The notes below the pieces were generated by a model, which did no database searches, had not been told where the DNA came from, and worked only from the letters and a program-made list of their open reading frames with translations. A program made the position numbers and the translations under genes. A stretch of DNA of 37,212 nt from NCBI GenBank assembly GCA_964634355.1, contig CAZWIF010000003.1:3871-41082 (forward strand). The letters are read 5' to 3'. The DNA comes from an uncultured Clostridium sp. GTDB taxonomy: Bacteria > Bacillota > Clostridia > TANB77 > CAG-508. Positions 18,241-27,797 of the stretch are shown one piece after another (within the stretch, counting starts at the first letter, position 1; the number at the start of each line of letters is the position of its first letter).

Positions 18241-18438
18241 ATGGCAAAATGTGCAATTTGTGATAAAACAGTTAGTAATGGTAATAAGATAAGTATAGCT
18301 CGTTCTCATGTAAGTCGTAGAACTTCTAGAACATGGAAGCCAAATTTAAGAACAGTTACTATTATGGTTGATGGGCAACCAAAAAAAGTAAAAGTTTGTG
18401 CTAAGTGCTTGCGTGCTGGAAAAGTTAATCGAGTTTAA
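18241..18438 (+). CDS. rpmB: 50S ribosomal protein L28
   Basis: MAKCAICDK...GNKIS...RTWKPNL...VCAKCLRAGKV; SD GGAGGT. Confidence 0.96.
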   Translation: MAKCAICDKTVSNGNKISIARSHVSRRTSRTWKPNLRTVTIMVDGQPKKVKVCAKCLRAGKVNRV

Positions 18439-18471
18439 AATAAAGATGACTGTTGCCAGTCATCTTATTTT
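18437..18471. terminator. Bidirectional terminator between rpmB and spoVM
   Basis: aagatgactg-ttgc-cagtcatctt with A/T tracts on both sides. Confidence 0.8.
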
Positions 18472-18522
18472 AATTCTGCTTTTATAATATCTTATGTATA
18501 TCCCTTTAGATTTATTATAATT

Positions 18523-18597
18523 TTAGTCCTTGATTCCAAATATTAGTTTCACAAATCCTCTAAGGAATTTTGGAACTTTTTTTACAACAATGGTCAT
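18523..18597 (-). CDS. spoVM: Stage V sporulation protein SpoVM-like peptide (24 aa)
   Basis: MTIVVKKVPKFLRGFVKLIFGIKD; KxPKFL motif with Pro9, amphipathic helix; SD AAAGGAGTGA; convergent with rpmB as in B. subtilis; absent from ORF track. Confidence 0.85.
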   Translation of the reverse strand: MTIVVKKVPKFLRGFVKLIFGIKD

Positions 18598-18665
18598 GCT
18601 TTGTTATCACTCCTTTCTTAAATCATAGATTTAAATTAATAACATAAATTAGCAGTTATCATTTT

Positions 18666-18815
18666 TTAGCATGATAGCCATAATAATCCAACAATGACAA
18701 CGGCTACTCCTATAATAAATAACCAGCCTGTTAGGGGAAGTAATAAGACTAGTAAGATGCCTAACCCAAATCCAATCATACAAACTGCTAAGGTTTTTCT
18801 TAAAAATTTCAACAT
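18666..18815 (-). CDS. Small two-helix membrane protein (49 aa) upstream of spoVM
   Basis: MLKFLRKTLAVCMIGFGLGILLVLLLPLTGWLFIIGVAVVIVGLLWLSC; purine-rich SD GGGAAGGAAAG; absent from ORF track. Confidence 0.7.
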   Translation of the reverse strand: MLKFLRKTLAVCMIGFGLGILLVLLLPLTGWLFIIGVAVVIVGLLWLSC

Positions 18816-18945
18816 AATTTTTTCTTTCCTTCCCGAGGTGTGATTTTGAGAAATTTAGTTCGAAATTTCTCCCTATTTAGACATAATCTACTTTATTACC
18901 TCCTGATAATATATTATATTTAATTTACGTAAAAAGGTGATAATT

Positions 18946-19584
18946 ATGAAAACAAATTCTGTAGAATTAATTAATATTTTAAAAAAAACATATCCTGATG
19001 CAACCTGCAGTCTTGATTTTACCAATCCTTTTGAATTGGTTGTTGCTGTGATGCTTTCTGCTCAATGCACTGATGAAAGAGTAAATAAAACCACCCCTGC
19101 ACTATTTAAAGAGTATAATTCTCCTGAGGATTTCTCGAAGATTAATATTTCTACATTAGAAAATTTTATACATCCTTGTGGTTTCTATAAAAATAAAGCC
19201 AAAAACATTAAAGCATGTGCGCAAAAAATAGTTTCTGATTTCAATGGGGAAATTCCCAAAAATATGGAGGATCTTTTAACATTGCCTGGAATTGGTAGAA
19301 AGAGTGCCAATGTTATACTTTTAGAAGTCTTTGGAATTGCTCATGGTGTCGCAGTTGATACACATTGTAAAAGGATTTCTAATCGAATTGGACTTTCTAA
19401 ACAGTCAGATCCTTCAAAAATAGAACAAGACCTTATAAAAATTTTTCCTTCTGAATATTTAAAAGATGTTAATCATCTATTTGTATGGCATGGTAGAAAA
19501 ACTTGTACAGCTCGTAACCCCAAATGCTCATCTTGTACAATCAATAAATTTTGCAAAACTTGGAATAATTCTTTGAAAACTTAA
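18946..19584 (+). CDS. nth: Endonuclease III
   Basis: LSAQCTDERVN, HhH LPGIGRKSAN, VDTH, 4Fe-4S motif C..ARNPKC..C.I...C. Confidence 0.96.
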   Translation: MKTNSVELINILKKTYPDATCSLDFTNPFELVVAVMLSAQCTDERVNKTTPALFKEYNSPEDFSKINISTLENFIHPCGFYKNKAKNIKACAQKIVSDFNGEIPKNMEDLLTLPGIGRKSANVILLEVFGIAHGVAVDTHCKRISNRIGLSKQSDPSKIEQDLIKIFPSEYLKDVNHLFVWHGRKTCTARNPKCSSCTINKFCKTWNNSLKT

Positions 19585-19610
19585 TATACTATGTATTTGA
19601 GGTGATGATT

Positions 19611-19742
19611 TTGACAAATATTAATTGTTCTTCTAATTGTATTTATCAAAAAAACGGGAAATGTTGTTTTGAAAACATTACTATTCAAAAAATCACTCCA
19701 AATCAAAATTGTGCTTATTTTCTTGAGCAACAAAAAAACTAG
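19611..19742 (+). CDS. Small Cys-rich protein (43 aa, DUF1540-like pattern)
   Basis: TTG start after SD GAGGTGA; MTNINCSSNCIYQKNGKCCFENITIQKITPNQNCAYFLEQQKN; stop lies in the terminator stem. Confidence 0.7.
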   Translation: MTNINCSSNCIYQKNGKCCFENITIQKITPNQNCAYFLEQQKN

Positions 19743-19765
19743 GATTTCGAAATCCTAGTTTTTTT
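19732..19765. terminator. Bidirectional intrinsic terminator
   Basis: aaaaaaactaggatt-tcga-aatcctagttttttt between convergent genes. Confidence 0.9.
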
Positions 19766-19773
19766 GTTATCAA

Positions 19774-20985
19774 TTATTCTTGAACAGTTGTATCTGCTTT
19801 TTCCTGTGTTTCTAATTTTTTTCTGTCTACAATATTTCTAATTATTAATCCCATTCCTGTGGTTATAATTATAAATCCAAATACTTCACCTACATAAGGT
19901 ATCTTTTGTAATATCCATAGACATAGTGCAATACCTAAAAGTGTACATACTTCTGTAGCTTTATTCTCTTTAATTTTCTCTACTTTTTCTTTAACTACTC
20001 CCCATATTGCAATTGAAAGCACAGCTGAACTAATATATACAACTGTAACCATTATAATCCAAGCAATTATAGAAATTGGTGTTCCAATACTTGTAAATAG
20101 TAATATAAAAGATATTATTAAAGCAAGTATTCCTATTACCCAAACTAATAATCCTATTACAAAATCCACTATTCCTTTTTCTTTTAAATCTTTTCCGACA
20201 TTCTCTATAAACTTTGGAGACATTAGTTTTAATATTAAGTACACTACAATTACATAAACTAAAGATGTAATTGCACTTAAAACATATTGTTTTATTATAT
20301 CTGAAACTGATACAATTTCTTCCTCAGTCTCTTCCTCTAAATTAAAGTTTATTTCTCCATACAACACTACATCTTCTAATCCTTCAGCTTCTTGTTTACT
20401 TGTATAATTAAAATCTCCATAAATAGTTAATGCTGATTCATCATCTTGAACTTCTACATTTCCTGCTTTTAGATATACATCTCTATAAATAAATCCTAAC
20501 AACTTAGCATTTGTAGCCATAACTTTGATATCTCTACATATATATGCATTTTCCATTGTTTCAAAATCATCGCATATTGCATATATATCATATACTATTC
20601 CATCGATTTTTATACTTCTTGCCATTATAAATAATGCATCTGCCACATAGGATTCTTTTGTAAGTTCAACAGTTCCATTGGAAATAATATACATAGAACC
20701 AGCTATTTCTCCTGTAACAGTTACATCTCCATTTACAAAGATAAATGCATTTCCATCTACAATTTCATCCATTACGTAATCTTCATCTTGAAATACATAT
20801 ATGTCATCATAAGTTACATCATAATCATATGTGTTTGTTTCATCTGTTTCTGATGTTTCATCCTCCTCATCTTCTAAAGAAATTAATACATCATCTTCTC
20901 CTATTTCTGTTGCATAACTAAAAGTACATAAAATAGTAATCATAAGTAATAACAATAATATTATTACACTAATTTTTTTCTTCAT
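19774..20985 (-). CDS. Membrane protein with N-terminal bactofilin-like (polymer-forming) beta-helix repeats and about 5 C-terminal TM helices
   Basis: Signal peptide, acidic patch, repeated V.G.I.G..Y/F strands (VDGNAF, ITGEIAGSMY-like, IDGIVYDIY), hydrophobic C-terminus with IPYVG. Confidence 0.7.
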   Translation of the reverse strand: MKKKISVIILLLLLMITILCTFSYATEIGEDDVLISLEDEEDETSETDETNTYDYDVTYDDIYVFQDEDYVMDEIVDGNAFIFVNGDVTVTGEIAGSMYIISNGTVELTKESYVADALFIMARSIKIDGIVYDIYAICDDFETMENAYICRDIKVMATNAKLLGFIYRDVYLKAGNVEVQDDESALTIYGDFNYTSKQEAEGLEDVVLYGEINFNLEEETEEEIVSVSDIIKQYVLSAITSLVYVIVVYLILKLMSPKFIENVGKDLKEKGIVDFVIGLLVWVIGILALIISFILLFTSIGTPISIIAWIIMVTVVYISSAVLSIAIWGVVKEKVEKIKENKATEVCTLLGIALCLWILQKIPYVGEVFGFIIITTGMGLIIRNIVDRKKLETQEKADTTVQE

Positions 20986-21068
20986 TTGACTCTCTCCTTT
21001 TTTATTATTTTCATAAAATCATGCTATCATAATCTCATTTTTTATTCAATAGTTTTTTCTTAATTTTT

Positions 21069-21728
21069 TTATTTTTTTATCTTTGATATTATCTCACTGT
21101 AATTATCAGATTTTATAATAGCAGAACCAGAAACCAAAATATTAGCACCTGCTTTTTTCGCCTCTTCAGCTGTTTCTATGTTAATTCCTCCGTCAACTTC
21201 GATGTCCACTTCTAATTTATTTTTATCTATATATTTTTTTAGTTTTTTTACCTTATCTAAAGTTTCAGGTATTAACCCTTGCCCTCCAAATCCAGGTTCT
21301 ACAGTCATTATTAACGCCATATGAATGTATGGTAAAAATTCGTAAATGTCTTCTATATTAGTAGCAGGTTTAACTGCAATTCCAACTCTAGCATGATTTT
21401 CTTTAATAAAATTAATTACATCCATTGTCTCTTCTTTAGATTTAACTGCTTCAATGTGAAAAGTAACTATATTTGGTTCTAAATCTATGTATTGATTAAT
21501 ATTATCTTTTACAAAATATGTCATAAAATGTATATCTAAAGGAATATTGGTAATCTGTTTAATAGTTGTAGCATATTCCTTCATTAATTCATATGTGTGG
21601 TTCGGTACAAATTTTCCGTCCATTACATCTATATGGAAATAATCTGTATGAGCCGTTTCTAAATTATAAAAAGTTCTAGTTGCATTATTTCTTTCAACAT
21701 TTAATACTGATGTAGACACTTCTACCAT
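21069..21728 (-). CDS. rpe: Ribulose-phosphate 3-epimerase
   Basis: HIDVMDGKFVPN, DIHFM, MTVEPGFGGQ, EVDGGIN, VSGSAI. Confidence 0.96.
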   Translation of the reverse strand: MVEVSTSVLNVERNNATRTFYNLETAHTDYFHIDVMDGKFVPNHTYELMKEYATTIKQITNIPLDIHFMTYFVKDNINQYIDLEPNIVTFHIEAVKSKEETMDVINFIKENHARVGIAVKPATNIEDIYEFLPYIHMALIMTVEPGFGGQGLIPETLDKVKKLKKYIDKNKLEVDIEVDGGINIETAEEAKKAGANILVSGSAIIKSDNYSEIISKIKK

Positions 21729-22630
21729 TTTTTATGTTCCTCCTTATATTTTAAATCTCCATATATTTTTACATATCTTTGATATCTATCATTTGATATC
21801 TTACCCTCTTCTAAAGCTTTTTTTATTCCACAATTTTCTTCTTTAATGTGAGAACAACCTTGGTATTCACATTCTTCTATATGATTTCTGAATTCTATAA
21901 AATACTTATCCAAGTCTTTTGATTCGATTTCATTTATGTCTAAAGTAGCAAAACCAGGTGTGTCTACAAGATATATATTTTCTTCAATCTCATATAAACT
22001 AGTAATTGTCGTTGTATTTTTTCCTCTCTTATTTTTAGAACTTATATCACCTGCTTTTGAAACCTCTTTATTTAAGATAGAATTTATAATAGAAGATTTT
22101 CCCACTCCCGAATTGCCAGACAAGACAATTATTTTATCTTCTTGTTTTTTTATCTTTTCATTGTCCACTTGCTTCGCAATTTCCTTTATTCCTTCTCCAT
22201 TTAAAGCATTTGTCAATACTACTTTATATCCGATATTAAAATATTCTTTTTTAATATTTAATGCCATATTTTCATCTAAATCTTTTTTATTCACAACAAT
22301 TATTGGTCTTATATCCATATACTCAGTAATTGCTAATTGTTTGTCTAACATTAACAAATCTGGTTTAGGTAATTTTGTTGAAACGACACATATAATTTCT
22401 GTTATATTTGCCACTTTAGGTCTACTTATAATGTTTCTTCTTTGGGTTATCTCTTCTATTACTGCTATTTTCTTCTCTTCGTCTAAAATCTCAATTTGAA
22501 CATTATCTCCAACAGTAGGTATTAAATCTGTCTGTTTAAATTTTCCTCTTGCTGTACCCTTGTATATCTTATTGTTGGATTTTACATAATATGTATTTGT
22601 TACATTTTTTATTATTAATCCCTTTTGCAT
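21722..22630 (-). CDS. rsgA: Ribosome small subunit-dependent GTPase A
   Basis: NKKDL, GNSGVGKSS, GKNTT, DTPGF, C.YQGCSH..E..C zinc site. Confidence 0.95.
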   Translation of the reverse strand: MQKGLIIKNVTNTYYVKSNNKIYKGTARGKFKQTDLIPTVGDNVQIEILDEEKKIAVIEEITQRRNIISRPKVANITEIICVVSTKLPKPDLLMLDKQLAITEYMDIRPIIVVNKKDLDENMALNIKKEYFNIGYKVVLTNALNGEGIKEIAKQVDNEKIKKQEDKIIVLSGNSGVGKSSIINSILNKEVSKAGDISSKNKRGKNTTTITSLYEIEENIYLVDTPGFATLDINEIESKDLDKYFIEFRNHIEECEYQGCSHIKEENCGIKKALEEGKISNDRYQRYVKIYGDLKYKEEHKKW

Positions 22631-22659
22631 TTATTCTCCATTTCTTTTAATGTTCTTTT

Positions 22660-22686
22660 TAGGGCACGGTGCACCGTGCCCCTACA
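22660..22686. repeat. Palindromic repeat family A
   Basis: tagggcacggtgcaccgtgcccctaca directly after the pknB stop, inside the operon. Confidence 0.9.
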
Positions 22687-24676
22687 TTATTCTATTGTTA
22701 ATGATGTTGTTGTGTTTAAATTCATCGTTGTTGTTTTCTTTAATACGTTATCTACATAAACTTTTATTGTCACTGTACCTTTTCCTGTAACTGTTGTCGT
22801 TATATTAGTGTTGTCTTGTGAAACCGTTTGTGAATATACAGTATCATCACCTGCTACAATTTTTACTGATGATTTTTTTGCTGTTTTTGTAACATTTCCA
22901 TCATCATCTGTTGATTCATCATATTCTATACTACTTCCTAATAATGATTTTAAATTTAACGTAATATTTCCTGTTATTAATTCCTCTATTTTATTTACGG
23001 TTATTGTTATATTAGAGCCTTTTTCCACAGTCTCTCCTGCATCTAAAGTTTGTGATAATACTATACCATTATCTTTTGAAGTATCTTCTGTTGTCTTTGT
23101 GGCTGCTAATGTTAGTCCTGCCTCTTCAATCAATTTTTTTGCTTCTGCCTCAGTCTTTCCTACAACATTTGGAACAATACTGGTTTCAACACCTGTGCTT
23201 ACTGTAATTGTTACACTTGAACCTGCACCAACTTCAGTATTTTCTGGAACATCTTGACTGATTACATACCCTTCCTCAACTTTCTTACTAGGCTCTTCTA
23301 CTATTTCAACTACCAAATCTAATTCTTCAAGAGCCTCAACAGCTTCCTCCATTGTCATTCCTACTACTTTAGGAACTGTCACTATCTTCTGTCCTAGACT
23401 AACTACAACGTTTATAGTTGTTTTTTCTTTAATTTTATAATTTGATTGATATGCTGGATCTTGAGAAATTATTTTGCCTTCCTCTACCTCCGTATCATAT
23501 TTTTCTTCTGATACTTCAATTTTTAGTTTTGCCTCTTCAACCCTCTCTGTAGCCTCTTCCAAAGTTAATCCAACTAAGTCTGGAAGTAAAACATCATTAG
23601 GTGTTATTACATTAATTACAAGATTAGTTATTAACATAGTTAAAATAAATAATACTATTAATCCTATTATAGTTGAAGATACTTTATGTCTTCCTATAAA
23701 AGCAAAAAATTTATTTTTTTTCTTTTTTTCTTCGTTCATTCTTTTTTCCTTTTCCTTTACTTTATCTTCTAATGGTTTTGTATATATTGTTGATATAGTT
23801 TGCGTTGAATAGTCCTTAATATTACTATTCATATTAACAAAATCTCCATCTGGATTTTTTAAAGCCATACTCAAATCTCTTAACATTTCTCCCGCATTTT
23901 GATATCTTAAACTCGCATCTTTTTGCATTGCTTTCATTACAATCTTATTTACTGCTTGTGGAATTGTTGGATTTATGGAAATTGGTTCTTGTGGTTGCTC
24001 CTGTATATGTTTTAATGCTACTGAGACTGGAGTATCTGCATCAAACGGTACCCTTCCTGTAAGCATCTCATACATAACTACACCGAGAGAATATAAATCT
24101 GATTTTGCATCTGTAAATCCACCTCTTGCATGTTCAGGGGAAAAGTAATGTACAGACCCCATTGTCGTTCCAAATGCAGTAATTGTAGAATTGGAAACCG
24201 CCTTTGCAATTCCAAAATCTGTAACTTTAGCCATTCCATCCTCAGTAATAATTATATTGTGTGGTTTAATGTCTCTATGTATTATATTATTTTTATGAGC
24301 TGTTTCAAGTGCTGATGCAATTTGTATAGCTACGTTCACACACCATTTCCAGGCGAGAGCCCCTTCCGCCACTATAATTTCCTTCAAAGTCCTACCTTTT
24401 ATCAATTCCATTACAATATAGTATAGATTTCCTTCATGTCCAACATCATACACTGATACTATATTGGGATGTGTTAAACTAGCCACAGCTTGTGCTTCTG
24501 TATTAAATCTCTTTATGAATTCTTCATCAGTAGTAAATTCATCTCTTAAGATTTTTACTGCTACATATCTATTAAGTACATGGCATTTGGCCTTATATAC
24601 CATTGCCATTCCGCCCATTTCCTATTTGTTCTATTAGTTCATACCTATTGCCTAATATTCTACCTTCTAGCCCCAT
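22687..24676 (-). CDS. pknB: Stk1/PknB/PrkC Ser/Thr kinase with three PASTA domains; needs a +1 frameshift at 24613 (662 aa if joined)
   Basis: SD AGGAGGT then ATG 24676 MGLEGRILGNRYELIEQIGNG, then C-GGA-ATG-GCA-ATG resumes GMAMVYKA; VAVK, HRDIKPHN, DFG, SPE all intact; span is 3n+1. Confidence 0.9.
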
Positions 24677-24710
24677 CTCTTAAACCTCCTAAGATTTTAT
24701 TTTATACATA

Positions 24711-25434
24711 TTAAATCTTTATAATTACTGTTGTTATATTATCTATGCCTCCAGCAATGTTTGCTTTCTCAATCAACTCGTTTGCAATGTTATCTGACTC
24801 CTGAGTTATTATTTGCTGAATATCTTTAATAGCAACCATATTGGTTAAGCCATCTGTATTCATTACAATAATATCTCCGCTTTGAGCACTTCTTTCTATA
24901 ACGTCTGGCTCTACAAATGGTGTACATCCTAAAGCCTTCATTAACATATTCTTTTTAGGATGATGTTCCGCTTCTTTTGGGGTTATTGTCCCTTCATTTA
25001 CCAACTCTTGAACATAACTATGATCCTCTGTTAACTTTTGCATTACACCTCGTCTGATTCTATAAATTCTACTATCTCCAATATGTCCAATATATAATTT
25101 TCCCTTTATAAATAAACAAACTTCCATAGTAGTTCCCATTCCTGCAAGTTCTTCATTCTCCAGAGATTTTTCATATACTACCATATTAGCATATTCCATA
25201 GCATTGCGAATCATGTCTAAAACTTCATCTTTTTTTCCTTCTGTTTCTTTTATGTTATTTTCTATAAATCTCTTTACAGTTTCTGTTGCAATTTTACTAG
25301 CAATCTCTCCACCATTATATCCGTCCCATTCCATCTGCTACTATAAAAAGTTTAAGGTCATCTTGGCTTACATAATAGTAATCTTCATTTTTTTCTCTAA
25401 CTCTTCCTACACTTGTCCCTGAAAAAACCTTCAT
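24711..25434 (-). CDS. stp: Stp1/PrpC PP2C-family Ser/Thr phosphatase; needs a +1 frameshift at 25323 (240 aa if joined)
   Basis: ATG 25434 overlaps the rlmN stop (ATGA): MKVFSGTSVGRVREKNED...IVADGMG, then C-GGA-TAT-AAT-GGT resumes GYNGGEIAS; GMGTT, GDSR, TDGL, DNIT intact; span is 3n+1. Confidence 0.9.
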
Positions 25435-26459
25435 CCATTGCCTCCTTCTTTTCTCCTTAATTGACCACATGCTGCTTCTATATCGTCTCCAAGCTCTCTT
25501 CTAATTGTAGCCACTATTCCATGATTATTTAAATAATCTCTAAAATTCATAACATTCTCAATTTTACTTGTATCGAATTTTCCATTTTCAATTTTATTTA
25601 TTGGAATTAGATTTACATGGCATAACATTCCTTTTAATAATTTTACTAAATCCTTAGCATCTTCTAAATTATCATTGTTATCTTTTGCTAATGCATATTC
25701 AAAAGATATTCTTTTGTTGGTTTTTTCTATGTAATATCTACAAGCTTTCATTAATTCTTCAATATTATACTTACTATTTATTGGCATCATTTGACTTCTT
25801 TTTTCATTATTAGTTGCATGTAGAGATATCGATAATGTACATTGTAAATCCATATCTGCTATTTCATATATTTTAGGAACAACACCACATGTAGAAACAC
25901 TTATATGTCTTGCGCCTATATTTAGTCCCTTTTGATTATTAATAATCTTTATTGCTTTCATCACATTATCAAAATTATCGAAAGGCTCTCCTATCCCCAT
26001 AAAAACAACATTTGATACTTTAATTTTAACATCTCTTTGTACAGCTAAAATTTGTTCTGCAATTTCACCAGCAGTAAGATTTCTAATAAAAGCAATTCCT
26101 GTTGAAGCACAGAATTTACATCCCATTCTACATCCAACCTGTGATGAGACACATAAGCTATATCCATGTTTATATTCCATAAGAACTGTCTCAATTGCAT
26201 TTCCATCTAACACATCAAATAAATATTTTTTAGTTCCATCTACTGATTCTTGTTTTTTTATAATTTTATAAATATCTAAAGTATAATTTTCTTTTAGTTT
26301 TTCTCTTAATTCAAGTGAAAGATTTGTCATCTGATTAAAGTCTGTTACATTATTAACAAATATCCACTTAAATATTTGCTCTGCCCTAAAAGGCTTTTCT
26401 CCAATAGATTCCATTTCTTCCTTTAATTCATCTAAGTTATAATCTTTAATATTTTTCAT
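25431..26459 (-). CDS. rlmN: 23S rRNA (A2503-C2)/tRNA methyltransferase RlmN
   Basis: Radical SAM motif C.MGC.FC, MGIGEP, ISLHA, VNLIP, DIEAACGQL; start ATG 26459 or 26471. Confidence 0.96.
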   Translation of the reverse strand: MKNIKDYNLDELKEEMESIGEKPFRAEQIFKWIFVNNVTDFNQMTNLSLELREKLKENYTLDIYKIIKKQESVDGTKKYLFDVLDGNAIETVLMEYKHGYSLCVSSQVGCRMGCKFCASTGIAFIRNLTAGEIAEQILAVQRDVKIKVSNVVFMGIGEPFDNFDNVMKAIKIINNQKGLNIGARHISVSTCGVVPKIYEIADMDLQCTLSISLHATNNEKRSQMMPINSKYNIEELMKACRYYIEKTNKRISFEYALAKDNNDNLEDAKDLVKLLKGMLCHVNLIPINKIENGKFDTSKIENVMNFRDYLNNHGIVATIRRELGDDIEAACGQLRRKEGGNG

Positions 26460-26666
26460 ACAATCCTTCATTCTATTTTATTATATATCACTTATACCAT
26501 AAAAGAAAATTTTTTTCAATATATTTCATATTTTTTACATGTGAATTTCGTCTAATATTACAAAAATGTAATATTTTAGATAAATTATGTAATTTGTAGA
26601 TGTGACACTTTATTGATGTTTTGTTGTAGAGGAACAAAGTACTATACTCATGAGTGACAATAATTT

Positions 26667-27797
26667 CTAATTTCTAACCTCTAGAATACTATTTATTAAA
26701 TAATCCACATCCTCTTTTGTATTCTCTTTTCCAAATGTAATTCTTAATGTTCCTTCAGCCTCTTCATCATTTAATCCAATTGCCAATAACACATGGGATG
26801 GACTGGCTTCCCCTGTATTACAAGCTGAGCCAGCTGAAGTACATATTCCTTTTTTATCGAGTTTCAATAATAATTCTGAACTATCCTGCCCCAAAAAAGA
26901 AACATTCACATTTCCTGGCAATCTATCCTTTCTTGATCCATTAATTTTAATATTTTTTATTTTATTTTCTAATTCCTCTATGCAATATTCTCTTAGCTCT
27001 ATTAGTTTTTTATTATACTCATCAATATTCTCATATACTAATTCTATTGCCTTTCCCATTCCAACTATGCCCGCAACATTTTCTGTTCCTGCTCTCTTTC
27101 CTTTTTCTTGATGACCTCCATCTTGTATTTCTTTAAACTCTACTCCATTTCTAACATATAATGCTCCTACTCCCTTTGGTCCATAAAATTTATGTGCTGA
27201 CATTGATAACAAATCAATATTCATTTTCTCCACATTCATTTTGATGTTTCCAATTGCTTGAACAGCATCTGTATGGAATAAAATTTTGTGTTTTCGTGCA
27301 ATCGTGCCAATTTCTTTTATAGGTTGAATTGTACCAATCTCATTATTTGCAGTCATAACAGATATTAGAATAGTTGAATCTTTTATTGAATTTTCTAGTT
27401 CTTGTAGATTTATCTTTCCATCTTTATCCACATTTAGATATGTTAGTTCAATACCCTCTTCTTCTAATGTTTTACATGTATTTAAAATTGCGTGATGTTC
27501 AATTTTAGTTGTAATAATATGTTTCTTACTTTTATTGCTTGCATATGTTACTCCCTTTAATGCTAAATTATCACTTTCACTTCCACAGCCAGTAAAATAT
27601 ATTTCATTAGGCTGTGCATTTATTGCTATAGCAACTTTCTTTCTTGCATTTTCAATAGCCATTTTATTATGTCTTCCTATTGTATAAGCAGATGATGGAT
27701 TTCCATAACTAATCTCAAAATATGGTATCATCTCTTTTAAGACCTCTTCATCAACAGCTGTTGTAGCTGCATGGTCAAAATAATATATTTTATTCAT
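26667..27797 (-). CDS. iscS: Cysteine desulfurase (NifS/IscS family)
   Basis: YFDHAATT, GNPSS, EHHA, HTDAVQ, SAHKFYGPKG, RAGTEN, SAGSAC. Confidence 0.93.
   Translation of the reverse strand: MNKIYYFDHAATTAVDEEVLKEMIPYFEISYGNPSSAYTIGRHNKMAIENARKKVAIAINAQPNEIYFTGCGSESDNLALKGVTYASNKSKKHIITTKIEHHAILNTCKTLEEEGIELTYLNVDKDGKINLQELENSIKDSTILISVMTANNEIGTIQPIKEIGTIARKHKILFHTDAVQAIGNIKMNVEKMNIDLLSMSAHKFYGPKGVGALYVRNGVEFKEIQDGGHQEKGKRAGTENVAGIVGMGKAIELVYENIDEYNKKLIELREYCIEELENKIKNIKINGSRKDRLPGNVNVSFLGQDSSELLLKLDKKGICTSAGSACNTGEASPSHVLLAIGLNDEEAEGTLRITFGKENTKEDVDYLINSILEVRN

Noticed and set aside
24607-25334. ORF-track starts for pknB (24618) and stp (25334)
   Set aside because: They omit conserved catalytic N-terminal motifs that are encoded immediately upstream in another frame behind proper initiation signals.
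26551-26600. Inverted repeat aatattaca-aaaa-tgtaatatt upstream of rlmN
   Set aside because: AT-only palindrome in a very AT-rich spacer; cannot be assigned to a regulator or separated from chance.
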